Counted from the first letter of the stretch, positions 27,301-36,688 are shown. The stretch is DNA of 64,000 nucleotides from Fibrobacterales bacterium Fibro_02 (GCA_001603905.1 LVAE01000102.1:11365-75364), one strand, 5' to 3'. The notes: generated by a model from the sequence alone, not told the origin. A program made the numbers and translations.

Positions 27301-30300
27301 CTCAAGTTTACCACGCCGGTGGGCTGGTACGACTTTAGCGTGCGTGCTTACCAGTATGAATTTGGCGGACTGGACTTCCTCGACTTGAATATCTACAATA
27401 ATGAGGCGCGAGCCTTCGATAGCTTGACCTTGCGTATGTACTTTACCGCAAAGCCTGAAGAAGTCGAAAAGTGCGCCACCTTGATCGACATCGATATTTG
27501 TCAGGCATACGACGAAGCGGGCTTCAACAAGCCTTGCGAAACGGGTGATGAAATCCGTTACTTGATGCGTCACGCATTGCCCCAGCGTCTGGACGATACC
27601 TACGATGCATCGACCGGTAAATACTCCTACTATTTCCCTGTTCCGCTGGGATCGACGACGATCAAGTCTTCGTCTCGTGTGCGTCTTGACTTTGGTTTCT
27701 CGTCGGGTCTTTCGAACGATGGTTACCAGACTTGCGAAACCTTGCGTACGCTTGCCAAGAAGCGCATGACCAAGACAACGGGTGACTGGTCCTGGTCTCC
27801 GCATGAGTTCCTGGTCGATGGTGCAGATTACGAAGGTATGCCTTTCGAAGACAAGGACTATGGTGACGTCGATAACGAAGTTCCCATCAACCCCTACATC
27901 GTCGTTTACCGCAAGGATGAATTTATCTGGGGTTACAGCCCGTCCTACCAGGAAATGACGACCAAGAAGGCTCATTACGAAATGGATGTGACCTTGGATG
28001 CTCCGTTCAATGTGTCCGACGGTTCCTATGTGGAAATCGACCAGACGAGCAGCACGGTGTACGTAAGGGGTTATGCCCACGTATCTGAACAGGGCTACAT
28101 TACTCGTATCTGGGCGAATGGTACTGAAATCGAGACGATTATCAACAGAATCGGTGACGAAATCTTCCTGATCTCCAAGGACAGCGAAGTGATCGCCCAT
28201 TACAACGTCACGAGCGGCGGCGGAGAGATTGACTCTACGGGCCTCTGGACGCTGAATATTCCTGTCAAGATGAAGATCGGTAGCAACAAGATTGACCTCA
28301 CGATCTTTGCGGGTGCCAATCCGGACTGCGCCGAATGTGCTGAAAATGGTGGATGCGCCTTTATCAACCGCACCTACTACGTGCAGTTTACCCGTGGTAA
28401 CCTGACGCAGTCTTCGCTGACCATCAAGGACGAAAACGGCAACCCGGTGGCATCTCCTGCCGATCCGGCGAACACCCGCTTCAACATCTTCTTGACCGAC
28501 AAGGATAAGGCGGGAACTTCCGCTCCGGTCGAGGTGCTTGTCATCAACGGTAAGAAGCAGGATACCCTGAAGGTCAAGCTCGTGGAAGACGCCGCTAATC
28601 CGGGTTCGTTCAAGAGCTCCTCCTTGATTTCTGCAGTGTCCGTTCCGAAGGAAGGCCGTCTGGGCAATCAGATTTCCTTCTTTGCGGGCGATACGATCCA
28701 GGTAATCTACGTTGACCCTGACGATGAAGAAGATATTTCCAAGCAGAGCTTCTATGCGGAATCCAAGTACCCCGAACCGCAGAAGGTTCTGGCTCAGGAC
28801 AGCGACTGCGACAATGTTGCCGACAAGCTTCTCGTTGAATTCACGAACGAACTGGAGGCAGATTACAGCTTCGACAGTATCCGCGTATACCTGCCGGGTA
28901 TGTCCGATACGGTCACCCTGAAGGTGGATCAGGCTGCGGCGCTGAACCAGTCGGTGGTGACACTTGACCTGCCTGCATCGCTTGGAATCAAGGCGAATGC
29001 GGCTCCGTCGGGAACGGCTACGGTTTACCTGAAGGCCGAAGGGGCAACGAACGCCGAACGCGTGGCGATTGGCGACGGCATCCTTCCGCAACTCTTGAGC
29101 GTGACGATTCTTGAAAACCCGAACCATGAATCCGAACAGGATACCTTGATGGTCGCCTTCACCGAACCGGTGCTGCTTTCTTCGCTGAACAACTGGTTCC
29201 TGCAAGTGGTCGGCGTGACGGGTGCCGCAATCAATGTGGTGGGCAAGGCGACGACCAGTAACGATGGCAAGAGCTGGCTCTACGTGATTACGGGAAATAC
29301 CGACGGACAGATGCTGCCGGTTGGCGGTACGGTGGTCGTGCAGCCGAATTCCGTTTCGGACAAGGCGCTGAACCTGCTCGATCCTGCGAATACCTGTAAC
29401 ACGGTGAAGATCGTGGAAACTCCGAAGCCGGTGCCCGTGACCCTTGCCGAAATGCGTGACTTCGAAGGCGATGGCTATCCCGACGAACTCTACATGAAGT
29501 TTGCGAAGAAACTCCGCGACAAGGATATGCTCGACAGCTTCGTGGTGGAATGGGGCCTGAAGGGCGAAATGCTCAGCTTCCTGCCGGAAAGCTGGACGCA
29601 TACCCTGGAATTTGGTGAACATGCCGAAAACGTGCTGGCCGAGGATTCGTCGGTCGTGACGGTGATGGTCCCCGATACGGTCTCGATTATCACGATCAAG
29701 ATGACTCCCTCGAACACCTTTGCGATGGGCTCTACGGTTGGTCCTTACGACGGTTACGGACACGTGACTCCGCGTCTTGGCCCCGAAGGCGGCTTCTTTG
29801 ACAAGTATTACCCTGTGGTCGACAAGTGTCCTCCGATTATCCTGTCCGCTCTGTGGCAGGGCTACGACGTGGGTGACGATGCCCAGGGCTCGAAGGACTA
29901 TGTGACCTTGACGTTCTCTGAACCGCTGGATACGATGCCGGGACACCCCTATGTGGTGGAACGTAACCGTGAAGGAAAGAAGGGAACCTTCTTCAGTCCT
30001 CTGCAGAATCCGAACCTCTCGCTCAGCTATTCTTCTCGCTCGACGTCGGCACGCCTTGGCTTTAGGCACAAGTATGACGAAGCTATTTGGATTGCGGACT
30101 CTGTGCGTCTGATTTCGGATGCCGAAATGAGCTACTTCAAGGATCTTGCCGGTCAGTATGCTGGCGACCAGAATCCGTGGGTGCCGGTGACTGGTTCCGT
30201 GTCCAAGATCAAGTTCACGATCTCGACTCCGGAAGGTGTTGCCAAGGGCCGTAAGCTTGATGAAGTCTACTATGGTGGCTTCGAACCGCTTGCAAACGAA

Positions 30301-30828
30301 AACTTCCGCTTGACCGGTATCAACAGGGAAGGTGCAACGGTCGTTATCGCTGCGGGTGAACATAAGCTGCACGATGTCTTCAGTGCCCCGATCAAGGACT
30401 ACAAGCACGCAGGTCCTGTGTTCATGATTGAAGTGGCTCTGCCCGATGTGCGTGACAGTACGGACCTGGGCGAAGCGAAGCGTAATTACGACATCAAGCT
30501 GGAGCTGGATATCTTTAGCAACATGGGTGCCTATGTCAACCACATGAGCTACAAGTTTACCTCGGCGGCCGTGATGGACTTCATTTCGGCAAGCAGCACC
30601 TTGACCTTGTATCTGGAATGGTGCGCCCCGGAAGATTACCCGGCCAGCGCCGATGGCAAGAAGATTGGAACCGGTCCTTACATCGCGAAGTTCAATACCG
30701 AGGCGAAGAGCCCCTACCTGGCTTCGACCGAAGAAAGTGCCGACGGTGCGACCAAGTATAGGACTGAAACGCTCAAGGATACCGATACGTTTACCAAGAC
30801 GTTCGGCTTCAGAAGAGCGAAGAAGTAA
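24361..30828 (+). CDS. Giant multidomain GH9 endoglucanase (CelD-like Ig + GH9 + 2 FN3-like + CBM3-like + repeats + C-terminal domain), 2155 aa
   Basis: AGGAGG RBS, GTG start, signal peptide; IRINQAGY, GGYYDCGDHLK, NYMLGVNPW, HPHHR and WEDYHLSETCID motifs. Confidence 0.92.
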   Translation: MPIKKSLVAAMFVAMSAVSVMAAAGQEQPTPYDLIRPVWPLTWDTTVFDHYDTTVTKKHNMVPKNRTPASYVPNALIPDTLNQAYLDAINYRMSPIRINQAGYLPSDPEKQFYYVGTATTFEVVDVDGNSLSPAVTGTLTSSGVQTSSDWTIIAGTNAATNDQKRYQLDITGQSGIIQIGHIPGNVPTDTRLRIKVGNDISSTFIVSEKVYSMVRSAALKFYGINRSGNGDSWFHPASHTLDGAGPVVTGSDDVRGSYDASLAGTLEGGYYDCGDHLKESQTQMYAFMVAAVLAATNPDADEDNYAFNHGETVNTDGIPDMLREAKHGADFVLRAYVRAKGVIDDMALSVGNFGADHGWWGRPENQDKLPVDNSAAATDRGGPATRTVRLGEIGANIGGETAAGLAILGKMYAEYDKPFADSCLMVAEKMYDFAKSLAQGKSSYDGGKPFVNNTKAAGWSSPAYNGNNEFYDDLALASVALLYATGKKEYADDMIRTKNLVAGQEYMDGAGAFAGGWFVTNDKGFLKNVKNTSWANSYAYATYALYKLILADKTKATTEYGLTETEWLNAVEDCITSMILNLEDMSGNGTGSIALPGIPNNQGPAWKLRGALQYDPTWYTMMTDQTWIYNRYQAGNIFEVLAYADVARDIEKQGIVLPIMGTPDWKADEMHQLAINQLNYMLGVNPWDVSFILGIGDKNDAHPHHRAANPEGKNMPGANYKYNPPVGALFGGVTPGTTNSWVPDNKSWEDYHLSETCIDAAATIVSSGMLAAAKFDRTAAPGVTVEIRHVSMDSAIVMVKLTTRGTARLYYGTDEASLNTAAFPDDTTAGVQHEIILRGLQNGTTYYFFAAGLNAYNPDNFTFKYMVDSTETPYSFTTLNTVESAQIMNPTVCNMFGDSAEIMWYTPNGEYESKVYWDTVPHATAAEYAFNSGAGNADVSGIPVKFHYVKIGGLKEKTTYYYMVESNGQFANTNEKTGEMLKFTTPVGWYDFSVRAYQYEFGGLDFLDLNIYNNEARAFDSLTLRMYFTAKPEEVEKCATLIDIDICQAYDEAGFNKPCETGDEIRYLMRHALPQRLDDTYDASTGKYSYYFPVPLGSTTIKSSSRVRLDFGFSSGLSNDGYQTCETLRTLAKKRMTKTTGDWSWSPHEFLVDGADYEGMPFEDKDYGDVDNEVPINPYIVVYRKDEFIWGYSPSYQEMTTKKAHYEMDVTLDAPFNVSDGSYVEIDQTSSTVYVRGYAHVSEQGYITRIWANGTEIETIINRIGDEIFLISKDSEVIAHYNVTSGGGEIDSTGLWTLNIPVKMKIGSNKIDLTIFAGANPDCAECAENGGCAFINRTYYVQFTRGNLTQSSLTIKDENGNPVASPADPANTRFNIFLTDKDKAGTSAPVEVLVINGKKQDTLKVKLVEDAANPGSFKSSSLISAVSVPKEGRLGNQISFFAGDTIQVIYVDPDDEEDISKQSFYAESKYPEPQKVLAQDSDCDNVADKLLVEFTNELEADYSFDSIRVYLPGMSDTVTLKVDQAAALNQSVVTLDLPASLGIKANAAPSGTATVYLKAEGATNAERVAIGDGILPQLLSVTILENPNHESEQDTLMVAFTEPVLLSSLNNWFLQVVGVTGAAINVVGKATTSNDGKSWLYVITGNTDGQMLPVGGTVVVQPNSVSDKALNLLDPANTCNTVKIVETPKPVPVTLAEMRDFEGDGYPDELYMKFAKKLRDKDMLDSFVVEWGLKGEMLSFLPESWTHTLEFGEHAENVLAEDSSVVTVMVPDTVSIITIKMTPSNTFAMGSTVGPYDGYGHVTPRLGPEGGFFDKYYPVVDKCPPIILSALWQGYDVGDDAQGSKDYVTLTFSEPLDTMPGHPYVVERNREGKKGTFFSPLQNPNLSLSYSSRSTSARLGFRHKYDEAIWIADSVRLISDAEMSYFKDLAGQYAGDQNPWVPVTGSVSKIKFTISTPEGVAKGRKLDEVYYGGFEPLANENFRLTGINREGATVVIAAGEHKLHDVFSAPIKDYKHAGPVFMIEVALPDVRDSTDLGEAKRNYDIKLELDIFSNMGAYVNHMSYKFTSAAVMDFISASSTLTLYLEWCAPEDYPASADGKKIGTGPYIAKFNTEAKSPYLASTEESADGATKYRTETLKDTDTFTKTFGFRRAKK

Positions 30829-30864
30829 GGCTCGAAAAGTCGCGACGATACATTGTTGAGTGAT

Positions 30865-33800
30865 ATGATGAAGTTCTTGAAGTTTGTTCTGTTCCTTGCC
30901 CTGTTCGCCGCGGACTTTGCCCTGGCGGACGGGTTGCCCAATTTGGACCGCACCGACAAGGTGCATAGCCGCCGCTATTTGGACTCGCTGAATGCCTTTG
31001 CAAGGCGTCCGATTCGCCTGAACCAGAGCGGCTATAGACCGCAGGACTACAAGTACGCCTATGTGGCGGACCCTGCGGATACCAAGTTTCGGGTGATTGA
31101 CGCGAATAGCGGCGCCGAGGCATGGAGCGGCTCCTTGAGCCTCATTAGCAGTAGTGTCATTAAGCCGAATATCTGGATTAATGGCGCCTTCAACTCTCTG
31201 GAAAGCGTTTACGAGTTCGGTAAGCAGGATTCCATCAGCACCGAGAGGGAGGCACTTTACCGTGCCGATTTCACAGGGCTGTCTCCGGCGACTCCGGGTG
31301 AATACTTTGTCGTGGTCGGAAACGATACTTCGGCAACCTTCCATATCCATCCGTCCGTCTTTAATGCAATTCTCGAAAAGTCGCTGATGTTCTTTGGCAT
31401 CCAGCGTTGCGGTAATACCCATTCGCATTTCCACGGGGCCTGCCATTTGAAGGACGGTTCTGCGGAGGGCTTTGACCTTACGGGTGGTTGGCATGACTGC
31501 GGTGACCATTTCAAGGTTTCCGAGACTTTGGGATATGCGGCTTTCGTATTGTCGATGGTTTACCTGACGTATCAGGACAAGGCCGAGGACCGTTACGGCA
31601 ATTCGTATGCCGACACGGTGTTCACCGACGGTATTCCTGACGTGCTTTACGAGGCCAAGGTTGGAACGGACTATTTGCTCAAGCTCTACAAGGCTTCCAA
31701 GGCGAAAGGCCTGATTGAAAAAGGCGACATGTTCCATTCGGTGGGCGTGGGCGACGGTGACCACAGATACTGGGATCTGCCTGAACGCCAGGATGCGCAG
31801 TCTCCGGAACAGGGTGGCCCTGACCGTCCTGTAGATACCTCGATCGGAGCCAATACGGCGGGTATCTTTGTTGCGGCTATGGCGAATGTGGCCGTGGGCT
31901 ACAAGGTGTATGACCCGGCCTATTCCGATTCCTTGATCGAGGCCGCCAAGGATATTTACAAGAACGTGTTGATGCCCGCCTTCTACGAACAGCGCAATAC
32001 GGGGGGGGGGGCCTATAACCAGTTCTATACGGGTGGTGGCCCGCTGTATGACGACGGTGCCGCCGCAGCCCTTGCCCTGTGGTATGCGACCAAGGATACG
32101 ACGTATCAGTACGACTTGTACAAGAACACCAATATTTTTAACAACGCCTCGAATTACCATTATAACATGGACTACTTCAGGGCTGGTTTCCTAGGTAACC
32201 CAAGTGGCTTTACTCCGGGTGGCTGGGCGGCCGACTACCAGAATATCCATTCGTTCGTCCTGTTTGCTCTGCAGAAAATGATTCTGAATGACGAGACGGT
32301 GGCGGCGTCTTATGGTCTTTCTGCGGCGGAACGCGATACCCTTTCGAAGCGCACGATGGCGACCTTCAGAAAGGTGATTGACAACAGCACGAACGACGGC
32401 GACTCCCTGGTGCTTGAAAATCCTGCAACGCAGGGCGAGCCGCACGAAGGTTCTACCAAGCTGCATGTGATTCGCCCGTATAACCTGGTATGGACGAGCT
32501 TTGACTGGGGCGTGATGCGTTACAACCTGGGTACGGCCGTCTCGATTTTCTTGATGTATGAACTGACGGGCGATGAACGCTATTTGCGTGTGGCCCTCGA
32601 CAACATGTACTTTATCTTGGGCGCGAATCCCTGGGATATTTCCTTCTTGATGGGTACGGGTGACAAGAACCCGCAGCATCCGCATAACCGTGCGTCTAAC
32701 CCCGACGGCTATAATGCGGGCGGTATGCCTTACAAGTATAAGTGCCCGGTAGGTGCCTTGATGGGTGCCCGTGAGCCGACGAAGACTTTGATTGAAGACT
32801 GGAGCAAGTATACCTCGACGGAAACCTGTATCGACTTTACGGCACAGTTCCTGTTCCCGGCGCAGAGCCTTGCGCAGACACTTCCGATCGATGCAGAAGG
32901 CCCCCTGTTCAGCAACATCATGGGTACCCCCATTACCGATACGTCGGCTATCGTGAGCTGGGATGCGAACGAGGTGGCGCTGGTGACGGTGTTCTACAAT
33001 ACGACTCCCGATGTGGTTGGCGCAAAGTCGGTGCAACAGGAAAAGGCTTCCAAGGGCGGCAGCATCGTTCTGAACGGACTTGAAATGGGCCAGACTTACT
33101 ACTTCTTCCTGGAAGGTATGGATACCAAGCGCAACATGACGACTGACGACAATCACGGTCAGTGGTATCAGTTTACCATGGTGCCTGCGACGACGAATAT
33201 CAGCGGCGTGACGATTTGCCAGGTCGATAACCGTAGCGCGAAGATTTACTGGTGGTCGAGCGACCGCATGAACGGTGTCGTCAATTACGGAACTTCGATG
33301 AGCGCTCTGACGTCGTCCAAGGCTGCCGATGGCGGCGCCGTGCTCTTCCACGAGGCGAAACTCACTGACCTTGCTCCGGGAACGACCTACTACTTTAATG
33401 TTTCTTCTGGCATGACGACGGATGATAACGGTGGTGCGGGTTACAGCTTTACGACTGAAATGGAAGCTTCTTACGCCGACCTGAATATCAGCCTCAAGCC
33501 GAGTTCCTACCAGAATGAATGTAGCGACTGGGGCAGTTGCCACCAGTTCATCGTGTCGATCAGCAACAACGATACGATCCCGTTTGAAGATTTCGAAATG
33601 CGTCTCTATCTGAACAATCCGAACCTTCAGGCGTCAAGCAACATTACGCAGAAGTTCGGTGGTGGTGGTGTCGTGAACGGTTCCTGCACGGTCTCGTTTG
33701 GTACGGCGCAGTCCGATGGTTTGGGCGGTTATTACTTGCCCATCAAGGTGAACGGCCATCTTGAAGTTTCTGGTCAGCTAATCTTCCAGCTGATCTTTGA

Positions 33801-36687
33801 CCAGACGAATTTCAAGGCTCTTGAAGGTTCCTGGTCGCTTAGGGCTCATACCGATGAAAACGATCCTGCGTACTTCGAAGGTGTTGACCTGACTCGTGGC
33901 CCGGCTTACAGTGGTTCCGAAACATCGTTCCTGGAAGTCTATAATGGAGAAAAGGTTATTGCGATGGTGGAAGACCCCTATATCACGGTCTACTACCATG
34001 GGAAGCATATTTTCGGCTACGGTCCTGACTATACTCCTGAAAACGGTCCGCAGGTTCACCGCACGGTGACTCTTGAATTTGAGAAACCGTTTGTCTCGCC
34101 GGTCTATTCTGTCGAAAAGGAAGATTACGCGACAAGTTACGAAGGTCGTAGCAAGGTGTCTCCTACGGGATTCCTGGATGACCTCGAAATGAACGGTCGT
34201 CCGCAGAACTTCTTCTATGACAACGGAACTCGCACCGATTCCTACGTGTTCGGCAAGGATACGGTTCTTGCCTATGGCAACAACTATATGGAATGGGTGA
34301 GCTGGCATAACCATGGTGCGAACCAGAAAACCGAGAATAAGTACGATTGTGCTTGCGCAGTGGTTCGTAGCAATGTGGAAATCGATACCATTGTGACTCC
34401 GCTTGAAAAGCGTTATCTTGTATTCGACAAGGATTCCTACAAGACTTATCAGACCGCGGCGGGCGGGACGCCCAAGATGGTGGAAGTCCATGTGCGTCTA
34501 ATTGATAGTCTCGCCAATCCGCTCGATACGGTGAACGTGACGCTTACTCTGGGGACGACTTCGGGAAATCCGCTTTTCTGGAGCTCTGCCACGGCGACGA
34601 TTCCTATTACGAGTATCCAGCTGGTGAATGGCGAAGCGACCTTTTACGTGAGTTCCGAAGAAGTCATGACGACGACGCTCTTTGCCCGTGCGGGAACTTC
34701 TACGCAGTTTGATTACGTGCCTGCAAGTGCCGAGCTGATTGTCGAGGAGCTTCCGCCTTGGCCGATTATCGACATCGCAAAGATGATTGATACGGACTGC
34801 GATAATGTTCCCGATGCCATCCAGATTCGGCTTTCGAGCGAATACCAGGAAAATCAGTCATTTAACTCGGTGCAGTTCGTGTACAAGGGCGATACCATTA
34901 CGACGACCGATGCTACTGTAGACGGCAAGGAAGTCCTGGTCAAGATGAATATTTCCGATACGTCTATCAATACGGCTCCGTATGGCTCGATTACATTGTT
35001 CTCTAACGTGTCGGGTAAGGTGGAGTCGCATACGGACTTCTATCTGGACGGCATCGCTCCCACCTTACTTGCGGTTGCTGTACTCGAACGCCTTGATACG
35101 GCTAGGAGCGACCGCGTGTACATGCAGTTCAGCGAACCGATTTCTTCTCCGGGTACTGAATGGCCGGTGCAGCTTTTCGCTACCGATGGAAACACGTTAC
35201 TCGATGCTCCTATGGTCAAGTTCACGCAGCTTTATAACGAGTCGCTGAATGTCTGGGAATTTGAAATTGCGTATGCCGCCGACGGTTCGTCGGTTGTTAC
35301 GGAAGGAATGTTTGCCCAGTTGCTTTCGACAAGTGGCATCCAGGACAAGAGTGGAAACGGCGTCTCGGCGACCTGCGGACAGCCCAAGCTTCCGATAACT
35401 TTGAAACTCTTGCCGGTTCCGATGGTTTATGCCTCGATTTCGGATGCCGACGAAAACGGTATCGCGGAACGCATCTATGTTGAATTCGAACGTCCGATTG
35501 ACCCGAAGCATTATCCGGATAGCATCTCCGTTGTCTTTGGCCGTACGGATCCTGAAACCACGTGGGTGTCCGGCTCTGTGCCTGTTTATGCGGCTGACGG
35601 CATGACGGCGGTTCTTGATTTGCCGACACCCTTTAGCTATGGCGTTACGAGCGGGACTTACGAAGGTGCTTCCAAGGGAATGAACATTTCGGGTGCGGGT
35701 CTAGTTACCCAGCACTTGGGCTCGGGCGCCTCTTACGAATCGAATTCCGCCCTGGGCGAAGACAAGGTCGGTCCGGTAATCGTGTCGGCGACTATCGATA
35801 TGTCCAAGTCGGATCGTTTCGATATGCTTAATATGAGCATCAGCGAACCTTATACGATTGTGGATTCGTCGCTGGTGTACTACCGTGAAAAGCAGGACAA
35901 GCGCGATACGGCTGTTTACAAGCACTCCGTGGAATCCATGACCCTGAACAAGCTGGGAATCACGGCGGTGTACAGTAAGGAAAATGAACTTGCCGTGAAC
36001 GACGGTGACTTCGTGCGCCTGCAGCCGAAGGATTTCAGCGCCGTTGTCGATGAACGTGGCAACAGGCCTTCGCTGGATAACCCGTGGGTGCCTATCCTCG
36101 CGGGTGGCGATCCCAAGATCAAGTTCCGCGTGAAGTTGCTGGAACAGGTGTCCCGTTCGGGTGGCTTAATCCGCTCGCAGGTGCCCTCTACCGACAATAT
36201 CCGCCTTTATGTTGTGAATCCGGCGACGGGTAAGCTGGACCTTATCAGCCACGGTCTGGTGCTTGCGACGGGAATCGATACTTCGGCCATCCAGGGTGCC
36301 ATCTGGAAGGTGGACATGACGGTGCCGAGAGGTTCCTTGAGTGGTGAACCTGCCGCTTGGGATACTCTCAAGGTCAAGTACAACTTGCCGATCTATTCGA
36401 ACCTGGGTAACTACGTGAACCGCCTTGCTGCATCGTACAACCTGCCGTCGGCGAAGTACCTCTCCAATACGGGCAAGGTGATCATGTATGTGGAATGGGC
36501 CAATACCGAGGTGGGCCTCCAGTCCGAGAAGGGCAGGGCCGTTGCGACGGGTGCCTATATCTACAAGTTGCAGATGGATTGTCGGTTTGTTCCGAATAGG
36601 AACGCCGATGCTTCTCTCGTGCGGAAGTTCTCGAGCAAGAGCTCTTACGACAAGACGGAAACCTTCGGAGTCAAGCGGGTGAAGTAG
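30865..36687 (+). CDS. Second giant multidomain GH9 endoglucanase, paralogous architecture, ~1940 aa
   Basis: Signal peptide; IRLNQSGY, QRCG, GGWHDCGDHFK, FILGANPW, HPHNR and KYTSTETCID motifs. Confidence 0.92.
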   Translation: MMKFLKFVLFLALFAADFALADGLPNLDRTDKVHSRRYLDSLNAFARRPIRLNQSGYRPQDYKYAYVADPADTKFRVIDANSGAEAWSGSLSLISSSVIKPNIWINGAFNSLESVYEFGKQDSISTEREALYRADFTGLSPATPGEYFVVVGNDTSATFHIHPSVFNAILEKSLMFFGIQRCGNTHSHFHGACHLKDGSAEGFDLTGGWHDCGDHFKVSETLGYAAFVLSMVYLTYQDKAEDRYGNSYADTVFTDGIPDVLYEAKVGTDYLLKLYKASKAKGLIEKGDMFHSVGVGDGDHRYWDLPERQDAQSPEQGGPDRPVDTSIGANTAGIFVAAMANVAVGYKVYDPAYSDSLIEAAKDIYKNVLMPAFYEQRNTGGGAYNQFYTGGGPLYDDGAAAALALWYATKDTTYQYDLYKNTNIFNNASNYHYNMDYFRAGFLGNPSGFTPGGWAADYQNIHSFVLFALQKMILNDETVAASYGLSAAERDTLSKRTMATFRKVIDNSTNDGDSLVLENPATQGEPHEGSTKLHVIRPYNLVWTSFDWGVMRYNLGTAVSIFLMYELTGDERYLRVALDNMYFILGANPWDISFLMGTGDKNPQHPHNRASNPDGYNAGGMPYKYKCPVGALMGAREPTKTLIEDWSKYTSTETCIDFTAQFLFPAQSLAQTLPIDAEGPLFSNIMGTPITDTSAIVSWDANEVALVTVFYNTTPDVVGAKSVQQEKASKGGSIVLNGLEMGQTYYFFLEGMDTKRNMTTDDNHGQWYQFTMVPATTNISGVTICQVDNRSAKIYWWSSDRMNGVVNYGTSMSALTSSKAADGGAVLFHEAKLTDLAPGTTYYFNVSSGMTTDDNGGAGYSFTTEMEASYADLNISLKPSSYQNECSDWGSCHQFIVSISNNDTIPFEDFEMRLYLNNPNLQASSNITQKFGGGGVVNGSCTVSFGTAQSDGLGGYYLPIKVNGHLEVSGQLIFQLIFDQTNFKALEGSWSLRAHTDENDPAYFEGVDLTRGPAYSGSETSFLEVYNGEKVIAMVEDPYITVYYHGKHIFGYGPDYTPENGPQVHRTVTLEFEKPFVSPVYSVEKEDYATSYEGRSKVSPTGFLDDLEMNGRPQNFFYDNGTRTDSYVFGKDTVLAYGNNYMEWVSWHNHGANQKTENKYDCACAVVRSNVEIDTIVTPLEKRYLVFDKDSYKTYQTAAGGTPKMVEVHVRLIDSLANPLDTVNVTLTLGTTSGNPLFWSSATATIPITSIQLVNGEATFYVSSEEVMTTTLFARAGTSTQFDYVPASAELIVEELPPWPIIDIAKMIDTDCDNVPDAIQIRLSSEYQENQSFNSVQFVYKGDTITTTDATVDGKEVLVKMNISDTSINTAPYGSITLFSNVSGKVESHTDFYLDGIAPTLLAVAVLERLDTARSDRVYMQFSEPISSPGTEWPVQLFATDGNTLLDAPMVKFTQLYNESLNVWEFEIAYAADGSSVVTEGMFAQLLSTSGIQDKSGNGVSATCGQPKLPITLKLLPVPMVYASISDADENGIAERIYVEFERPIDPKHYPDSISVVFGRTDPETTWVSGSVPVYAADGMTAVLDLPTPFSYGVTSGTYEGASKGMNISGAGLVTQHLGSGASYESNSALGEDKVGPVIVSATIDMSKSDRFDMLNMSISEPYTIVDSSLVYYREKQDKRDTAVYKHSVESMTLNKLGITAVYSKENELAVNDGDFVRLQPKDFSAVVDERGNRPSLDNPWVPILAGGDPKIKFRVKLLEQVSRSGGLIRSQVPSTDNIRLYVVNPATGKLDLISHGLVLATGIDTSAIQGAIWKVDMTVPRGSLSGEPAAWDTLKVKYNLPIYSNLGNYVNRLAASYNLPSAKYLSNTGKVIMYVEWANTEVGLQSEKGRAVATGAYIYKLQMDCRFVPNRNADASLVRKFSSKSSYDKTETFGVKRVK

Positions 36688-36688
36688 T

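Noticed and set aside
25141-32160. 2339-aa antisense ORF over both GH9 genes (also 32191-33543)
   Set aside because: Shadow ORF in register with the sense codons, explained by codon bias; no motifs; the sense strand has clear GH9 signatures
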